In this document: positions 1-9,978 of the stretch, one piece after another
Layout: every line of letters begins with the position of its first letter
How positions within the stretch are numbered: position 1 is the stretch's first letter
Assembly (NCBI GenBank): GCA_965223325.1
Contig: CBDCWI010000002.1
Span: forward strand, 1,792,001 to 1,856,000
Direction of reading: 5' to 3'
Origin: Candidatus Multivoradales bacterium
Lineage (GTDB): Bacteria > Acidobacteriota > Thermoanaerobaculia > Multivoradales > Multivoraceae
Length of the DNA stretch: 64,000 nucleotides
Notes under the pieces: model-generated
Seen by the model: only the letters and a program-made list of their open reading frames with translations
What the model was told of the DNA's origin: nothing
Databases searched by the model: none
Translations under genes and position numbers: made by a program

Positions 1-691
1 AGGTGTCCTGGTTGTTCGGGTCGACCGGCGGAACAACACCGATTCCGCGGCGGCGATGGCTCGAGAACTCGACCGTCAGCACCGGCACCTCTTCGTAGCG
101 TCCCTCGAACTCCTCGTCGAGGCGATGGCGACAGATCGGGCAGAGTTCACCCTCGATGCGCACGTCGAGCATTTCCTCGAACTGGGGCCGCAGGTGGGTG
201 GGGATGAGATGGAGCGGTTCTTCAGCCATCGGGCAGCCTTCGATGGCATACACCGGCGGACATCCTTCGAGGCCCTTCTTGAGCTTGTCGACCAGCGAGC
301 TCTTGCCCGCACCGACAGGGCCCATCATGTAGAGCACCTGGCGCGACTCCTCGCCCTGCAGCGAAGCCGAGTGCAGGTAGCGCACCAGCTGATCGAGAGT
401 CTCTTCGATGCCGAAGAACTCCTTCGAAAAGAAGTCGTAGGAACGCAACGACCGGTCACCAACCACACGCCGAACGACGGGAGAGTCACTTTCTGTCAGG
501 TCAGTGACGCCCTCCGACACCACCCGTTCATAGAGACGCGCATGAGCCAGCTTGGCGATCTTGGGGTCCGCGCGTACCTCATCGAGATACTCGAGGAAGG
601 TTCCCCTCCAACTCTGCGACGCTCGCTCTTCCCGATCTTGTTCGATGATCTCGGCAAAGCTGTTCGCTTCTGGCGCCTCTGCTATGGACAT
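1..691 (-). CDS. prkA: PrkA/YeaG family serine protein kinase (AAA+), 3' part runs off window start
   Basis: Not in ORF track. Manual minus-strand translation from ATG 691 (AGGAG RBS): MSIAEAPEANSFAEIIEQDRE...FFGIEETLDQLVRYLHSASLQGEESRQVLYMMGPVGAGKSSLV...GCPMAEEPLHLIP...GIGVVPPVDPNNQD, with Walker A and PrkA-typical motifs. Confidence 0.92.
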   Translation of the reverse strand, partial: MSIAEAPEANSFAEIIEQDREERASQSWRGTFLEYLDEVRADPKIAKLAHARLYERVVSEGVTDLTESDSPVVRRVVGDRSLRSYDFFSKEFFGIEETLDQLVRYLHSASLQGEESRQVLYMMGPVGAGKSSLVDKLKKGLEGCPPVYAIEGCPMAEEPLHLIPTHLRPQFEEMLDVRIEGELCPICRHRLDEEFEGRYEEVPVLTVEFSSHRRRGIGVVPPVDPNNQDT

Positions 692-828
692 GGCGGTCTC
701 CTGGTCTGGCTGTCTCCATGGGCGCTTCGGACGCCTGTGGGTCGTGTGGTTCTGGGATCTACTGCTCGGATTCCCCTCCCGGGATCAACCTCCAGAACAA
801 TCTGGAGATATTCTTGAATTTCTAGTTA

Positions 829-844
829 TGCATGCTTGGTGCCA
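829..844 (-). promoter_or_regulatory. sigma54 (-24/-12) promoter upstream of prkA
   Basis: Minus strand TGGCACCAAGCATGCA with GG and GC 12 nt apart; E. coli yeaG is known to be sigma54/NtrC dependent. Confidence 0.65.
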
Positions 845-1062
845 TCCGCGTTTCATCGCCAACACCCGAAAGAACACGGAGCAGAGCCCAACGTAATCCG
901 AACATCAACACATGCACACAAGTTCGACCGACCGCTCGGTCGGTTACAGCAGGGGTGTCCCGCTCGCACCGCAACGGAGCACGCATTGGTACAAGAGACT
1001 CTCCGTCGCGAGACGGCGCTCCACGGAGACAGCTGCTACCCCGTGGCGTGGCTGGTGGAGGT

Positions 1063-1281
1063 CTAGCCCAGGCGGCGTGCGATCGCGGCGAGACCAGACA
1101 ACACGATCGAAATCAAGATCATCGAGGTGATCGGGAAGAACATCGAGAAGCCCTCGCGCTTGACCTTGATGTCACCCGGCAGGTTGCCAAACCAACCGAG
1201 CAGGCCGAACTTGGCAAGGATCCCGGCCATGACGACCAGGATGCCCAGACCGATCAGTAGGTTTCCGGCTGAAGCTTGCAT
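1063..1281 (-). CDS. DUF2905-like small membrane protein
   Basis: GWFGNLPGDIKVKREGFSMFFPITSMILISIVLS signature, two TM segments. Confidence 0.85.
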   Translation of the reverse strand: MQASAGNLLIGLGILVVMAGILAKFGLLGWFGNLPGDIKVKREGFSMFFPITSMILISIVLSGLAAIARRLG

Positions 1282-1313
1282 TGCGGCAACCTACCAAAGC
1301 GGCGTTGCGCTTC

Positions 1314-2303
1314 TTAGCTCCAAAGCCAGGTTCGCATTTGTTGCGCGGTCAGGTTGCCGCCACAGATAACCGTCGCCAGCGTCTGACCGGCAAACTGCTG
1401 GCGGTTCGAAAGAAGCGCCGCAACACCTACCGCCCCCGAAGGCTCGACCACCAGGCCGGCGTGACGATGCAGAAGGCGCATGGCGTCGACAATCGACTCT
1501 TCGCTGACCAGCAGCGCACCATCGACCAGCCCCTGCATGTCGTCGAGTGCTTCTTGAACGGGGACGCGCACGGCAATGCCGTCGGCAATCGTCGTGGCGT
1601 TCTCGGTAACCACCCGCCTGTTCTCTCGCCACGACTCGACCATCGCCGGTGCCCCTTCGGCCTGTACGACCCAGTTGTGTGTCGCGGGGCGAACGGCACG
1701 CAAGACGGTCATGATTCCGTTCGCCAGGGCGCCGTTGCCGAGCGCAATGAGGACTCCATCGAACGGCTCCTCCCAGCGATTCAACTCGAGGGCAATGGTG
1801 CCCGCACCCTCGACGGTCTCCACATCAAAGCTGTCTTCGACGAAACGACCGCCGCGCTGGCGAGCGAAGTCACGCGCCGCGTCCTTGGCAGCGTCGAAGT
1901 CCCGCCCGGCCAGGCGCACGTCGGCACCCAGCGCCCGCATGCGCTCGACCTTCAGTGGGTTGGCGTTCTCGGCGGCGAAAATCGTCGCGGCGATTCCTCG
2001 CTTTCGACTCGACCAGGCGACCGCCTGGCCGAAGTTGCCGGCGCTCGCACAAACCACGGGGGCTGTCCCGGTGTGACCAGCGAGAAGTACCTCCGACCCG
2101 CGGCCTTTGAAGGAACGCAAGGGGTTTGTGGTCTCGACCTTGAGCACCAGGCGCACGCCGAGCTCGTCGTCGAGCGCCTCAGAGCGGTACTGGGGAGTGT
2201 TCAGGAACACCGGCGCGATCAACGACGGTGCCGCTTGGATGCGTTCGAGCGCGATTCGGCTCGCAGCTTTCCAGGCCGCCATGCCCGACACCCTACTCGA
2301 CAT
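1314..2303 (-). CDS. PLP-dependent threonine/serine dehydratase-like enzyme (fold type II, no ACT domain)
   Basis: NPLRSFKGRG PLP lysine, CASAGNFGQ, LGNGALANG, VEPSGAVG; start may be ATG 2282. Confidence 0.88.
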   Translation of the reverse strand: MSSRVSGMAAWKAASRIALERIQAAPSLIAPVFLNTPQYRSEALDDELGVRLVLKVETTNPLRSFKGRGSEVLLAGHTGTAPVVCASAGNFGQAVAWSSRKRGIAATIFAAENANPLKVERMRALGADVRLAGRDFDAAKDAARDFARQRGGRFVEDSFDVETVEGAGTIALELNRWEEPFDGVLIALGNGALANGIMTVLRAVRPATHNWVVQAEGAPAMVESWRENRRVVTENATTIADGIAVRVPVQEALDDMQGLVDGALLVSEESIVDAMRLLHRHAGLVVEPSGAVGVAALLSNRQQFAGQTLATVICGGNLTAQQMRTWLWS

Positions 2304-2349
2304 CGAAGGAACCCACGGGCAACAACATAGAAGGCGCTATCCTGCCCCC

Positions 2350-2856
2350 ATGCAAACCACAAGTTTCCGGCTCCGGAGCCTCCTGGTGCTCGCTTTCGCA
2401 GCGGCCCTGGCCGCCCCCTCTCCCACTCTGCCAGCAGAAGATCTCGCGCAACGGGTCGAGCGCGAAGCGATCGAGCTGCACGACTTTCTCGAAGACTGGT
2501 TCTCCGGCCGGCTCCCCGAGACCGACGCGGCCTTCAAACGCTTCGCCGACGCCATCGGCGAGAGCTTCGTCATCGTCTCGCCCGACGGCTCCCTGCTCCA
2601 TCGCCAGCAGATCGTCGAGGCGGTGCGCCGAGACCATGGCCGCTGGAAGAACGACAGCAAGGCTAGGATCGAAGTGCGAAACGCCAAGCTCCACCATCAC
2701 GAGGACGGCATCGCAGTCGCCACCTACGAGGAGTGGCAGACGACCTCCAACGGCACGGTAACGCGCTTGAGCTCGGTCGTCTTCAGTGAAGACCCCGAAG
2801 CGCCGGCCGGTCTTGTGTGGGTCCACCTGTCTGAGGTCTGGATGAACGCACCGTGA
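2350..2856 (+). CDS. Secreted NTF2-like/DUF4440 family protein
   Basis: Signal-peptide-like N-terminus, LHDFLEDWFSG, ATYEEWQ...RLSSVVF...WVHLSEVW; overlaps next gene (GTGA). Confidence 0.7.
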   Translation: MQTTSFRLRSLLVLAFAAALAAPSPTLPAEDLAQRVEREAIELHDFLEDWFSGRLPETDAAFKRFADAIGESFVIVSPDGSLLHRQQIVEAVRRDHGRWKNDSKARIEVRNAKLHHHEDGIAVATYEEWQTTSNGTVTRLSSVVFSEDPEAPAGLVWVHLSEVWMNAP

Positions 2857-4589
2857 CAAGGGCAGGAAGAATCCTCGCCCCGGCCATCGCCGGTCCACTG
2901 CTGCTTCTCGCGACCGGCACGCTTCCGGCGCAAGAGGCCGATGGGATCTGGACGAGCGGTCAGATCGTCACCATGGCTCTCGACATCGACCGCACCCCGG
3001 AAGCCCTGGAGGCGGTCGCAGCCCGCAATGGCCGCATCGTCGCCGTTGGCACGACCGACGCCATCGAAGAGCTGGCCGGTCCAAACACCGAGCGGTTCGA
3101 TCTCGACGGCAAGACGCTCTTGCCCGGCTTCATCGACGCCCACGGCCACCTCTTCTACCAGGCCTTCGTACTCAACTCCGCCGACCTTCAGCCACCGCCG
3201 GCCGGCGGGGTCAGTGACATTCCAGCGCTCCTCGACGCCCTGGTGGCGCATCGCGACGCGTTCGACCTCGGCCCCGGCGACACAATCACTGGCTTCGGCT
3301 ACGACGACTCCCTCCTCGCCGAAGGCCGCCACCCCACCCGTGACGACCTCGATCGTGCGTTCCCGGACAATCCCGTCGTGTTGACGCATGTGTCGGGCCA
3401 TCTCGCCACCACCAACACCGCCGCCCTTCAGAGACTCGGCTACAACGCAGCCACTGAAGACCCACCCGGCGGCCACATTCGTCGGCGCCCGGGCTCGACT
3501 GAACCAAACGGAGTGCTCGAAGAAACTGCCGTGGCCGCGGCGCGCGACCTGGCGCCGGCTCCCGATCCCGCCCTGTTCGCCGGCCTGGTAGCACGAGCAC
3601 AGGAGCTCTACGCCAAGAACGGCATCACGACAGCGCAAGACGGCCGCTCCAATCTTGCAATCCTCGAAGCGATGCGCGGCCTGGCGGCGGCCTCGCAGAT
3701 CTACCTCGACGTCGCCGTCTATCCAGCCTACGAAGCGCTCGAGAGTGCGGGCCTGGGTGACTTCGACCGCAACGATTTCCCTCGCACCTACGACAACCAC
3801 GTGCGCGTTGCAGGGGTGAAGCTGATGCTCGACGGGTCACCGCAGGGAAAGACGGCCTACCTCAGCCGCCCTTTCGAGGTGCCTCCGCCCGGCCAGAGCG
3901 CGGACTACCGCGGCTATCCGATCCAACCACAAGAAGTCGTTGACACCCAGGTTGCCAACCTGATCGAGGCGGGCATTCCGATTCTCGCCCACGCCAACGG
4001 CGACGCAGCGGCCGACCAGCTCGTCCTGGCGGTCGAGCGCGCACTTCGTGGGGCCCCGACGAGTGATCACCGTACGGTCATGATTCACTCCCAGATCGTG
4101 CGCGAAGACCAGCTCGATCGACTCGCGGCGTTGGGAATGATCCCGTCGTTCTTCGTCGCCCATACCTTCTATTGGGGCGACTGGCATAGGGATTCGGTTC
4201 TCGGGGAAGAGCGCGCGAACCGCATCAGTCCCCTGGTCTCTGCTGGCCGCCGCGGGCTTCGTTACACGATTCACAACGACGCCCCGGTGGTACCGCCCGA
4301 CATGCTGCGTCTCTTGTGGACGGCGACCAACCGCCGCACGCGATCGCACGACATCCTGGGAGCCCGGCAACGCGCTTCCATCGAAAGCGCGCTCAGCGCG
4401 GTCACCCTCGACGCAGCCCGGCAGTTGTTCGAAGAAGATTCCAAGGGCTCGATCGAGGTCGGAAAGCTGGCCGATTTCGTCGTGCTTTCGGCCAACCCGC
4501 TCGAAGTACCGGTCGAAAACCTGATGGAGATCGAAGTGGAGTCGACCTGGAAGGAGGGCCAGCAGATCTGGCCCCGCCCGTCGCACTAG
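2853..4589 (+). CDS. Secreted amidohydrolase (YtcJ-like, Amidohydro_3)
   Basis: PGFIDAHGH, GVKLMLDGSPQGKTA, HANGDAA, HNDAPV, KGSIEVGKLADFVVL. Confidence 0.92.
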   Translation: MTRAGRILAPAIAGPLLLLATGTLPAQEADGIWTSGQIVTMALDIDRTPEALEAVAARNGRIVAVGTTDAIEELAGPNTERFDLDGKTLLPGFIDAHGHLFYQAFVLNSADLQPPPAGGVSDIPALLDALVAHRDAFDLGPGDTITGFGYDDSLLAEGRHPTRDDLDRAFPDNPVVLTHVSGHLATTNTAALQRLGYNAATEDPPGGHIRRRPGSTEPNGVLEETAVAAARDLAPAPDPALFAGLVARAQELYAKNGITTAQDGRSNLAILEAMRGLAAASQIYLDVAVYPAYEALESAGLGDFDRNDFPRTYDNHVRVAGVKLMLDGSPQGKTAYLSRPFEVPPPGQSADYRGYPIQPQEVVDTQVANLIEAGIPILAHANGDAAADQLVLAVERALRGAPTSDHRTVMIHSQIVREDQLDRLAALGMIPSFFVAHTFYWGDWHRDSVLGEERANRISPLVSAGRRGLRYTIHNDAPVVPPDMLRLLWTATNRRTRSHDILGARQRASIESALSAVTLDAARQLFEEDSKGSIEVGKLADFVVLSANPLEVPVENLMEIEVESTWKEGQQIWPRPSH

Positions 4590-4601
4590 AGGAGTCTCGA
4601 A

Positions 4602-5372
4602 ATGAGCCAATTTGAAGTCGAAATCGTTCCCGTCCTCTCCGACAACTACGTCTACATCCTCAACGAGCCCGATAGCGGCACCACCGCCGTCGTCGATCCG
4701 CCGGTGACCGGTCCTATCAACGAGCTCCTGGCCAATCGCGGCTGGGCACCTTCGATCATCCTGGTCACCCATCACCATCCCGATCATGTAGCGGGAGTGC
4801 AGGAACTCAAGGCCAAGTACGGCGCCCGGGTCTACGGCCCGGCGGCGGAGAGAGAAGCCATCCCGGGTATCGACGTGGCGCTCGAAGAAGGCGACGAGGT
4901 CACCGTCGGAGACCAGACCGGAACGGTGCTCGAGACTCCCGGCCACACCCGCGGCCACATCTCCTATTGGTTCGAAGAGTCGCGCGCCCTCCTTTGTGCC
5001 GACACCCTCTTCGCCCTCGGCTGCGGCCGGCTCTTCGAGGGCACCGCAGAGCAGATGCAGCAGTCGATGGACAAGTACGGTGCGTTGCCCGACGACGCCC
5101 TGGTCTACTGCGGCCACGAGTACACCCAGTCGAACGCTCGCTTCGCCCTCACCGTCGACCCAAACAACGAAGCGCTGGTGAAGCGAGCCCAGGAGATCGA
5201 CCGCCTGCGCGCCGAGGGCCGACCGACGGTTCCGAGCACTCTCGGCGAGGAGCGCGCGACGAACCCGTTCCTGCGCACCAGCGACCCTCAGATCAAGCGA
5301 CTCCTGAAGATGGAGAACGCCACGCCGGCCGAAGTGTTCGGCGAGATCCGCCAGCGCAAAGACAACTCCTGA
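4602..5372 (+). CDS. gloB: Hydroxyacylglutathione hydrolase (glyoxalase II)
   Basis: DNYVY, THHHPDHVAG, TPGHTRGH, GCGRLFEG, CGHEYT, ERATNPFLR; GAGGAG RBS. Confidence 0.95.
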   Translation: MSQFEVEIVPVLSDNYVYILNEPDSGTTAVVDPPVTGPINELLANRGWAPSIILVTHHHPDHVAGVQELKAKYGARVYGPAAEREAIPGIDVALEEGDEVTVGDQTGTVLETPGHTRGHISYWFEESRALLCADTLFALGCGRLFEGTAEQMQQSMDKYGALPDDALVYCGHEYTQSNARFALTVDPNNEALVKRAQEIDRLRAEGRPTVPSTLGEERATNPFLRTSDPQIKRLLKMENATPAEVFGEIRQRKDNS

Positions 5373-5536
5373 GGGCCAGGCCGCTTTTGACGGCGAACCC
5401 CGGCGGCGAAGCGACCCCGCCTCCGAGGGCACGGGCGATGGACCGGTCGGCAACCGACTGATCCCTCCGAGGCTCGCGGCGTGGGCCGGGTCAGGTCCCA
5501 AGAAGGCACGAGGGGTGCTTCAGCTTTCTTGCGAGC

Positions 5537-5552
5537 TGGCACACAAACTGCT
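5537..5552 (+). promoter_or_regulatory. sigma54 (-24/-12) promoter candidate for the 1433-aa surface protein
   Basis: TGGCACACAAACTGCT, GG at 5538-39 and GC at 5550-51, followed by an AT-rich tract. Confidence 0.55.
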
Positions 5553-5676
5553 TATTCATTTCTAAGAAGCTAGGTATTTCTAGCATCAAATCGCAGTTTT
5601 TCCCGCCGAACAATTTCTTTATTGTTGCAGCCGTTCCGTTCTGGGTCTCGCGCCGCGACTCCTCCCCCCAAAGGTC

Positions 5677-8600
5677 GTGATGATTCACTTCAGGTTGCCT
5701 TCGCGTCTCTTTCCGCTCGTTGTTCTCCTCGCCTCTGTTTCAACCGCCACCCCCCAGCCAGCCAGAGCCTGGCTCCCCGCCCCCGCACAGGAGTTCGTCG
5801 TCCCCGGCGCCGACGGCGACCTGGCGGCGTTCATCGACCGGCTCCTGGAGAGCCGCGCGGCAGAGCTTCGGTGCGCTGTCGAAAGCGACATCTCGTTGGT
5901 GGTCTCCGCCTCCGGAACGGTCTTGACCTGGGACCACCACGAAGACGGTTTCGAACCCGATCAGCGCACGCCGAGACAAACGACGACCGTGGTCTGGGGT
6001 GACGGCGACCCCAGCAACGGCCAGGCACCAGGCCATCACCTCGATCGCTTCGAAAGCGGAGCCCTGGTCCGGCTCGATAGCGCGAGCGCCAGTGGCCGAA
6101 CCGGCGCTTTTGCGTTCGGCGACGGCGACCGGCTGAGCGCCTCGCGGCCGGTCGCTTTGTCGCGGAGCTTCAGCGCACAGTCACCGCCCGCATGCGGCGA
6201 CAGCGTTCGAGCGACCCTCGGAGTCCTCGACAGCCGGCACTTCGGTCACAACTTCACTGTCCCGGTTGGTGAGCCGGCAAGGAAGGAGCGCTCAGGGCGG
6301 TCGCCCTTCGAGCTGGTGAGTGTTGCACTGACCGCCGGAAGCGAGGAAGCTACCGTGCGCCGTTCCGACACTGGCGAGACACGCGACCTCGAGCCGGGAT
6401 CGAGCACCCTGCTACAGGATGTGGCAGCAGGCACAAAGATCACGGCCTCTTCTCCGGTTCACGCTTCGCTCCTCACCGGAGAGGCAGAAGGCGAGGGCAC
6501 CGCCAATACGCACTGGATCACGCTCCACGACGACTCCGCACTCGCTTCCTCCTATCTTCTTCCAGCGCGAAGCGATGCCAGCCGCGGCGAACAGTGGAGC
6601 GTTTGGCTGCACAACCCCGGCCGGAGGCCACTCGAGGTCGAGGTGACGGTGGGCGGCGAGCCAGAACACAGCCCCCGGCAACTCAGAGTGCACGGCGGAC
6701 ACACGATCGAGGTCTCGCTGCCCAGCGGCGGCGCAGCCCGCCTCGCCAGTCGCGACGGGCGCGGGTTCGTCGCCCTGGCCACCAGCGCATCAACCGCCCG
6801 CTCGAGCCAAAGCAGGGCCGCCGCCCTTGCCCTGGTGCCCGAACATCTCCTGACCGAACAGGTCCTCGTCGCCCCACCGAGCAGAGAGGAGAGCGCCGCA
6901 CTGTGGGTCACGGCTTCGCGCCCCACCACTGTCTACGTGAACTTCGACGGACGAGGAGCCAACCAACCGCCCTACGACGCCGAGTTCACGCTCGCCGGCG
7001 CTCTCTCGACCCTTCAACTCGACGACCGCGACCGCGATCTCGCCGCGACGCGCATCTTTACCGTCGACGGCACGCCTCTGGCCGCGGTCTGGACAACAGG
7101 CCCTCGGTCGTCCAACGTCTGGGATGGAGCCGCCGTGCTGCCGGTCCCTGAGCTTCTGGTCCACAAGACCTCCGCGATCAAGACCGGAGAGGCCCTCCTG
7201 CCCGGTGGCCGCCTGCTCTACGAGCTCACAATTCGCAATGAGGGCACGAGTACCATCGCCGGCTTGAGCCTCTTCGATCAGGCACCGATCTGGACGACCT
7301 ACCTCACCGGTACCACCCGCATCGACCGGCGCACGATCGGGGCACAAGCTCCCGTTGCACCTCTGAGAATCGACGATCAGGCAGGCGAGACCGCCCTGAC
7401 CAGCGGCATCGAGCTGGGTGGCTTGCCTCCCGGCCAGGAGATCGTGGTCAGTTTCGAGGTCGAGCTCGAGCACCAGCTGCCACTCGGGGTCCAAAGCGTG
7501 GGCAGTACCGCCATCGTGCGCGCAGTCGGTCGCCCCACCCAGACGGCTTCTGCCATCGACCGCCCCATCCAACCCAGTCTCGGCCTCTCAAAGCATGTCT
7601 ATCCCGGCCACGACAACGGACAACGGTGCCCCGCGGGAGGCCCGCACAACGTAGAGGCACCACCCAACGCGCCGATCACCTACTGCTTCACACTGATCAA
7701 CGACGGCAACGTCACGCTCGAGGTCGCTCTCGAAGACGAGATGCTCGGCGGCGGCATCGAGGCAGAAGACATGATCCACGTCGCGGGACCCACCGATGGC
7801 CGCCTGCCAGCCGGCGAGAGCCTGGTGCTCGCCTACCCGTCAGACGCCAGGGGAACGCGCATCAACCGCGCGCGAGCCACCGGAACTCCGCTCGGAAGCG
7901 ACGGCCAACTCCTCATCGATGCAGCGGTCGAGGCAATTGACACCGCCGTGATCTCCGTGACGACCGGAAGTCTCGAGATCGACCTGCTCATCGACGGTCA
8001 CGATGCCGACACCCGGGAGCAAGCGGTGCGTGCCGAAACCGGGACACGACTCGAGTTTGTCTACCGCCTCTCCAATTGGAGCGCCGAAGACCTGTTCGAG
8101 CTCCACGTGCAAGACGATCAGAACGGCACACTCGACTGCCCCCAGACAACCCTCGCGGCGGGAGAGTCCGTCGAGTGTAGGCGTTCGGTGGCGGTCGACT
8201 TCGGAACCTTCGCCACCCGCGCCACCGCCAGCGGGCGCCTGGCCTCCGGTGGCACGGTCAAGACCGACGACCTCGGTCATCATGAAGGCTTCTGCGCCCA
8301 GGCGTTACTGGAAAACATTCAGGGCGGCGAGGCACTTGCCACCTTGCGCGCCACGCGCTCGTCCTCGGGATCGACGGTGGCGTCGTTTGCCGCTCCTCTA
8401 GAAACGCTCGTGGAAGTGCGCGCCGCGGTCGCCTGCAGCCAGGCTGAGCTGCCGCGCCCGGGCCAGTGGTCGAGGACCACCTCGGCGCCTTTCGAGCTCA
8501 CCCTCGGGCCTCCTGACTGCGGTGACAGGACCCCTGTCTACGGAGCACAGGCGCGCACTCAGAACGGCGAGTCGGCAACCGGAGTGTTCCAGTGTTCGAG

Positions 8601-9978
8601 CTGCATGGCCGACCGCCGCTTCGATGAACTCAACACCCGACTTCGAGGCGACGGCGGCGGCGAACAGACCGTCGCACTCGGAGTCGACCGCCTCGGCGAC
8701 GCCTACTTCGCTGCGAGGGTGTCGAGCTCCGAAGACCACGACGGCGACGGCCAGGGTGACCTCGACGGCACAACGACCGGTTGGTGCGCCGATCCCGACA
8801 CTCAGATCGCCTTCGATCAGATCCTGGTCGCGCAGGTCGTGCCGGTTCACAGAGACGATGGCTCGATCGACGCGAGTCGCCTCGCAGGAGCAGTCGCTCG
8901 ACCCGAGAACCTGCCGGCGATCTCCTGGATCCTGTCGCAGGACTGGGTCGACCGGCCGGCACCGGTCGGCGCGTACACCTTCGGTGACGTCCAACAGGCG
9001 ATCTGGCTGCTGGCCGACCACCGCCGTGACGTCGCGAGCATTCGACCGTTCCAAGACGCCAACGCCGCCGACATCGCCCGTCGTGCACTGGTGGCGGGCC
9101 ATGACTTCGCCCCGAGCTGCGAGGTCGACCTGCCGGTCCTGCTCGAACCGCGAACGATCAACGGCATCCCCCAGCAACCGGTCTTCGCCGCCACCAGTTT
9201 CGCCCGACTCGTTACCGAATGCGTAGACAGCTGTCCAACGATCAACCAGCCCAGGCTGTTGCTGCGCAAGCTCACCAACGGCGTTGACTCAGACTCACCC
9301 GAAGCGCTCGACCTGCTCCAGGTTCGGCCCGGCGATTCACTCTTGTGGACCTACATCGCCGAGAACGTCGGCAACGAGGTGCTCTTTGACGTCGCGCTCA
9401 GCGACGCCGACCTTGACCTCGAGATCGCCTGCCCGGCGGACACCACGCTACGGCCCGGCGAGCAGTTGATCTGCCAGGCCAGCGGCATCGCAGCGCCCGG
9501 GCTCCGGGGCAGCGAAGCAACGGCGCGCGCCCGTTCCCGTCACCGCGTCCGCACAGCGCATTCAAACGCCAGCTTCTACTCCGCCGAGAACCGGGCAAGC
9601 GTCGCGTTCGATAAGCAGGTGCGACTCTGCGACAGCCAGGGCTGCCGCTGGGCAGACGCGGACTCTCCGAGCGAAGTGATCTTCGAGCCAGGCGACACCA
9701 TCGAGTTCCGCTTTCTGATTGTCAACGACGGCGATGTGGCACTCGATGATCTGGTCGTTCGCGACGACACGCTCGAGGACTGCACCGCGAGCAGCGGCTT
9801 TACTCTCGAACCCGGTGGCGTTGCGACGTGTCGCCGCGTGACCGTCGCCGGCAGCGATCCGGGCCAGTTCGTCAACGAGGCAACACTCGAAGCGACTCCC
9901 GCAGGCGCCAGCGAACCGATCGTCGCCCGCGACCTTGCGTACTGGCGCATCGTCCTCCTGAGAAGTCTGAGATTCTAG
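5677..9978 (+). CDS. Large secreted/surface protein with DUF11-like and repeated Cys-bridged Ig-like domains
   Basis: Signal peptide; LLVHKTS...LLYELTIRNEG DUF11-like unit; about 4 repeats of the type ITYCFTLINDGNV / CPQTTLAAGESVEC / CPADTTLRPGEQLIC / FLIVNDGDV..TLEPGGVATC; DHDGDGQGD Ca-type loop. Confidence 0.75.
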   Translation: MMIHFRLPSRLFPLVVLLASVSTATPQPARAWLPAPAQEFVVPGADGDLAAFIDRLLESRAAELRCAVESDISLVVSASGTVLTWDHHEDGFEPDQRTPRQTTTVVWGDGDPSNGQAPGHHLDRFESGALVRLDSASASGRTGAFAFGDGDRLSASRPVALSRSFSAQSPPACGDSVRATLGVLDSRHFGHNFTVPVGEPARKERSGRSPFELVSVALTAGSEEATVRRSDTGETRDLEPGSSTLLQDVAAGTKITASSPVHASLLTGEAEGEGTANTHWITLHDDSALASSYLLPARSDASRGEQWSVWLHNPGRRPLEVEVTVGGEPEHSPRQLRVHGGHTIEVSLPSGGAARLASRDGRGFVALATSASTARSSQSRAAALALVPEHLLTEQVLVAPPSREESAALWVTASRPTTVYVNFDGRGANQPPYDAEFTLAGALSTLQLDDRDRDLAATRIFTVDGTPLAAVWTTGPRSSNVWDGAAVLPVPELLVHKTSAIKTGEALLPGGRLLYELTIRNEGTSTIAGLSLFDQAPIWTTYLTGTTRIDRRTIGAQAPVAPLRIDDQAGETALTSGIELGGLPPGQEIVVSFEVELEHQLPLGVQSVGSTAIVRAVGRPTQTASAIDRPIQPSLGLSKHVYPGHDNGQRCPAGGPHNVEAPPNAPITYCFTLINDGNVTLEVALEDEMLGGGIEAEDMIHVAGPTDGRLPAGESLVLAYPSDARGTRINRARATGTPLGSDGQLLIDAAVEAIDTAVISVTTGSLEIDLLIDGHDADTREQAVRAETGTRLEFVYRLSNWSAEDLFELHVQDDQNGTLDCPQTTLAAGESVECRRSVAVDFGTFATRATASGRLASGGTVKTDDLGHHEGFCAQALLENIQGGEALATLRATRSSSGSTVASFAAPLETLVEVRAAVACSQAELPRPGQWSRTTSAPFELTLGPPDCGDRTPVYGAQARTQNGESATGVFQCSSCMADRRFDELNTRLRGDGGGEQTVALGVDRLGDAYFAARVSSSEDHDGDGQGDLDGTTTGWCADPDTQIAFDQILVAQVVPVHRDDGSIDASRLAGAVARPENLPAISWILSQDWVDRPAPVGAYTFGDVQQAIWLLADHRRDVASIRPFQDANAADIARRALVAGHDFAPSCEVDLPVLLEPRTINGIPQQPVFAATSFARLVTECVDSCPTINQPRLLLRKLTNGVDSDSPEALDLLQVRPGDSLLWTYIAENVGNEVLFDVALSDADLDLEIACPADTTLRPGEQLICQASGIAAPGLRGSEATARARSRHRVRTAHSNASFYSAENRASVAFDKQVRLCDSQGCRWADADSPSEVIFEPGDTIEFRFLIVNDGDVALDDLVVRDDTLEDCTASSGFTLEPGGVATCRRVTVAGSDPGQFVNEATLEATPAGASEPIVARDLAYWRIVLLRSLRF

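Noticed and set aside
56-817. 253-aa plus-strand ORF
   Set aside because: Antisense shadow of prkA, which the track missed because it lacks a stop inside the window.
5486-5512. GGGTCAGGTCCCAAGAAGGCAC resembling the SRP RNA core
   Set aside because: Lacks the GGAA tetraloop and AGCAG symmetric loop, and the flanking helix does not pair.
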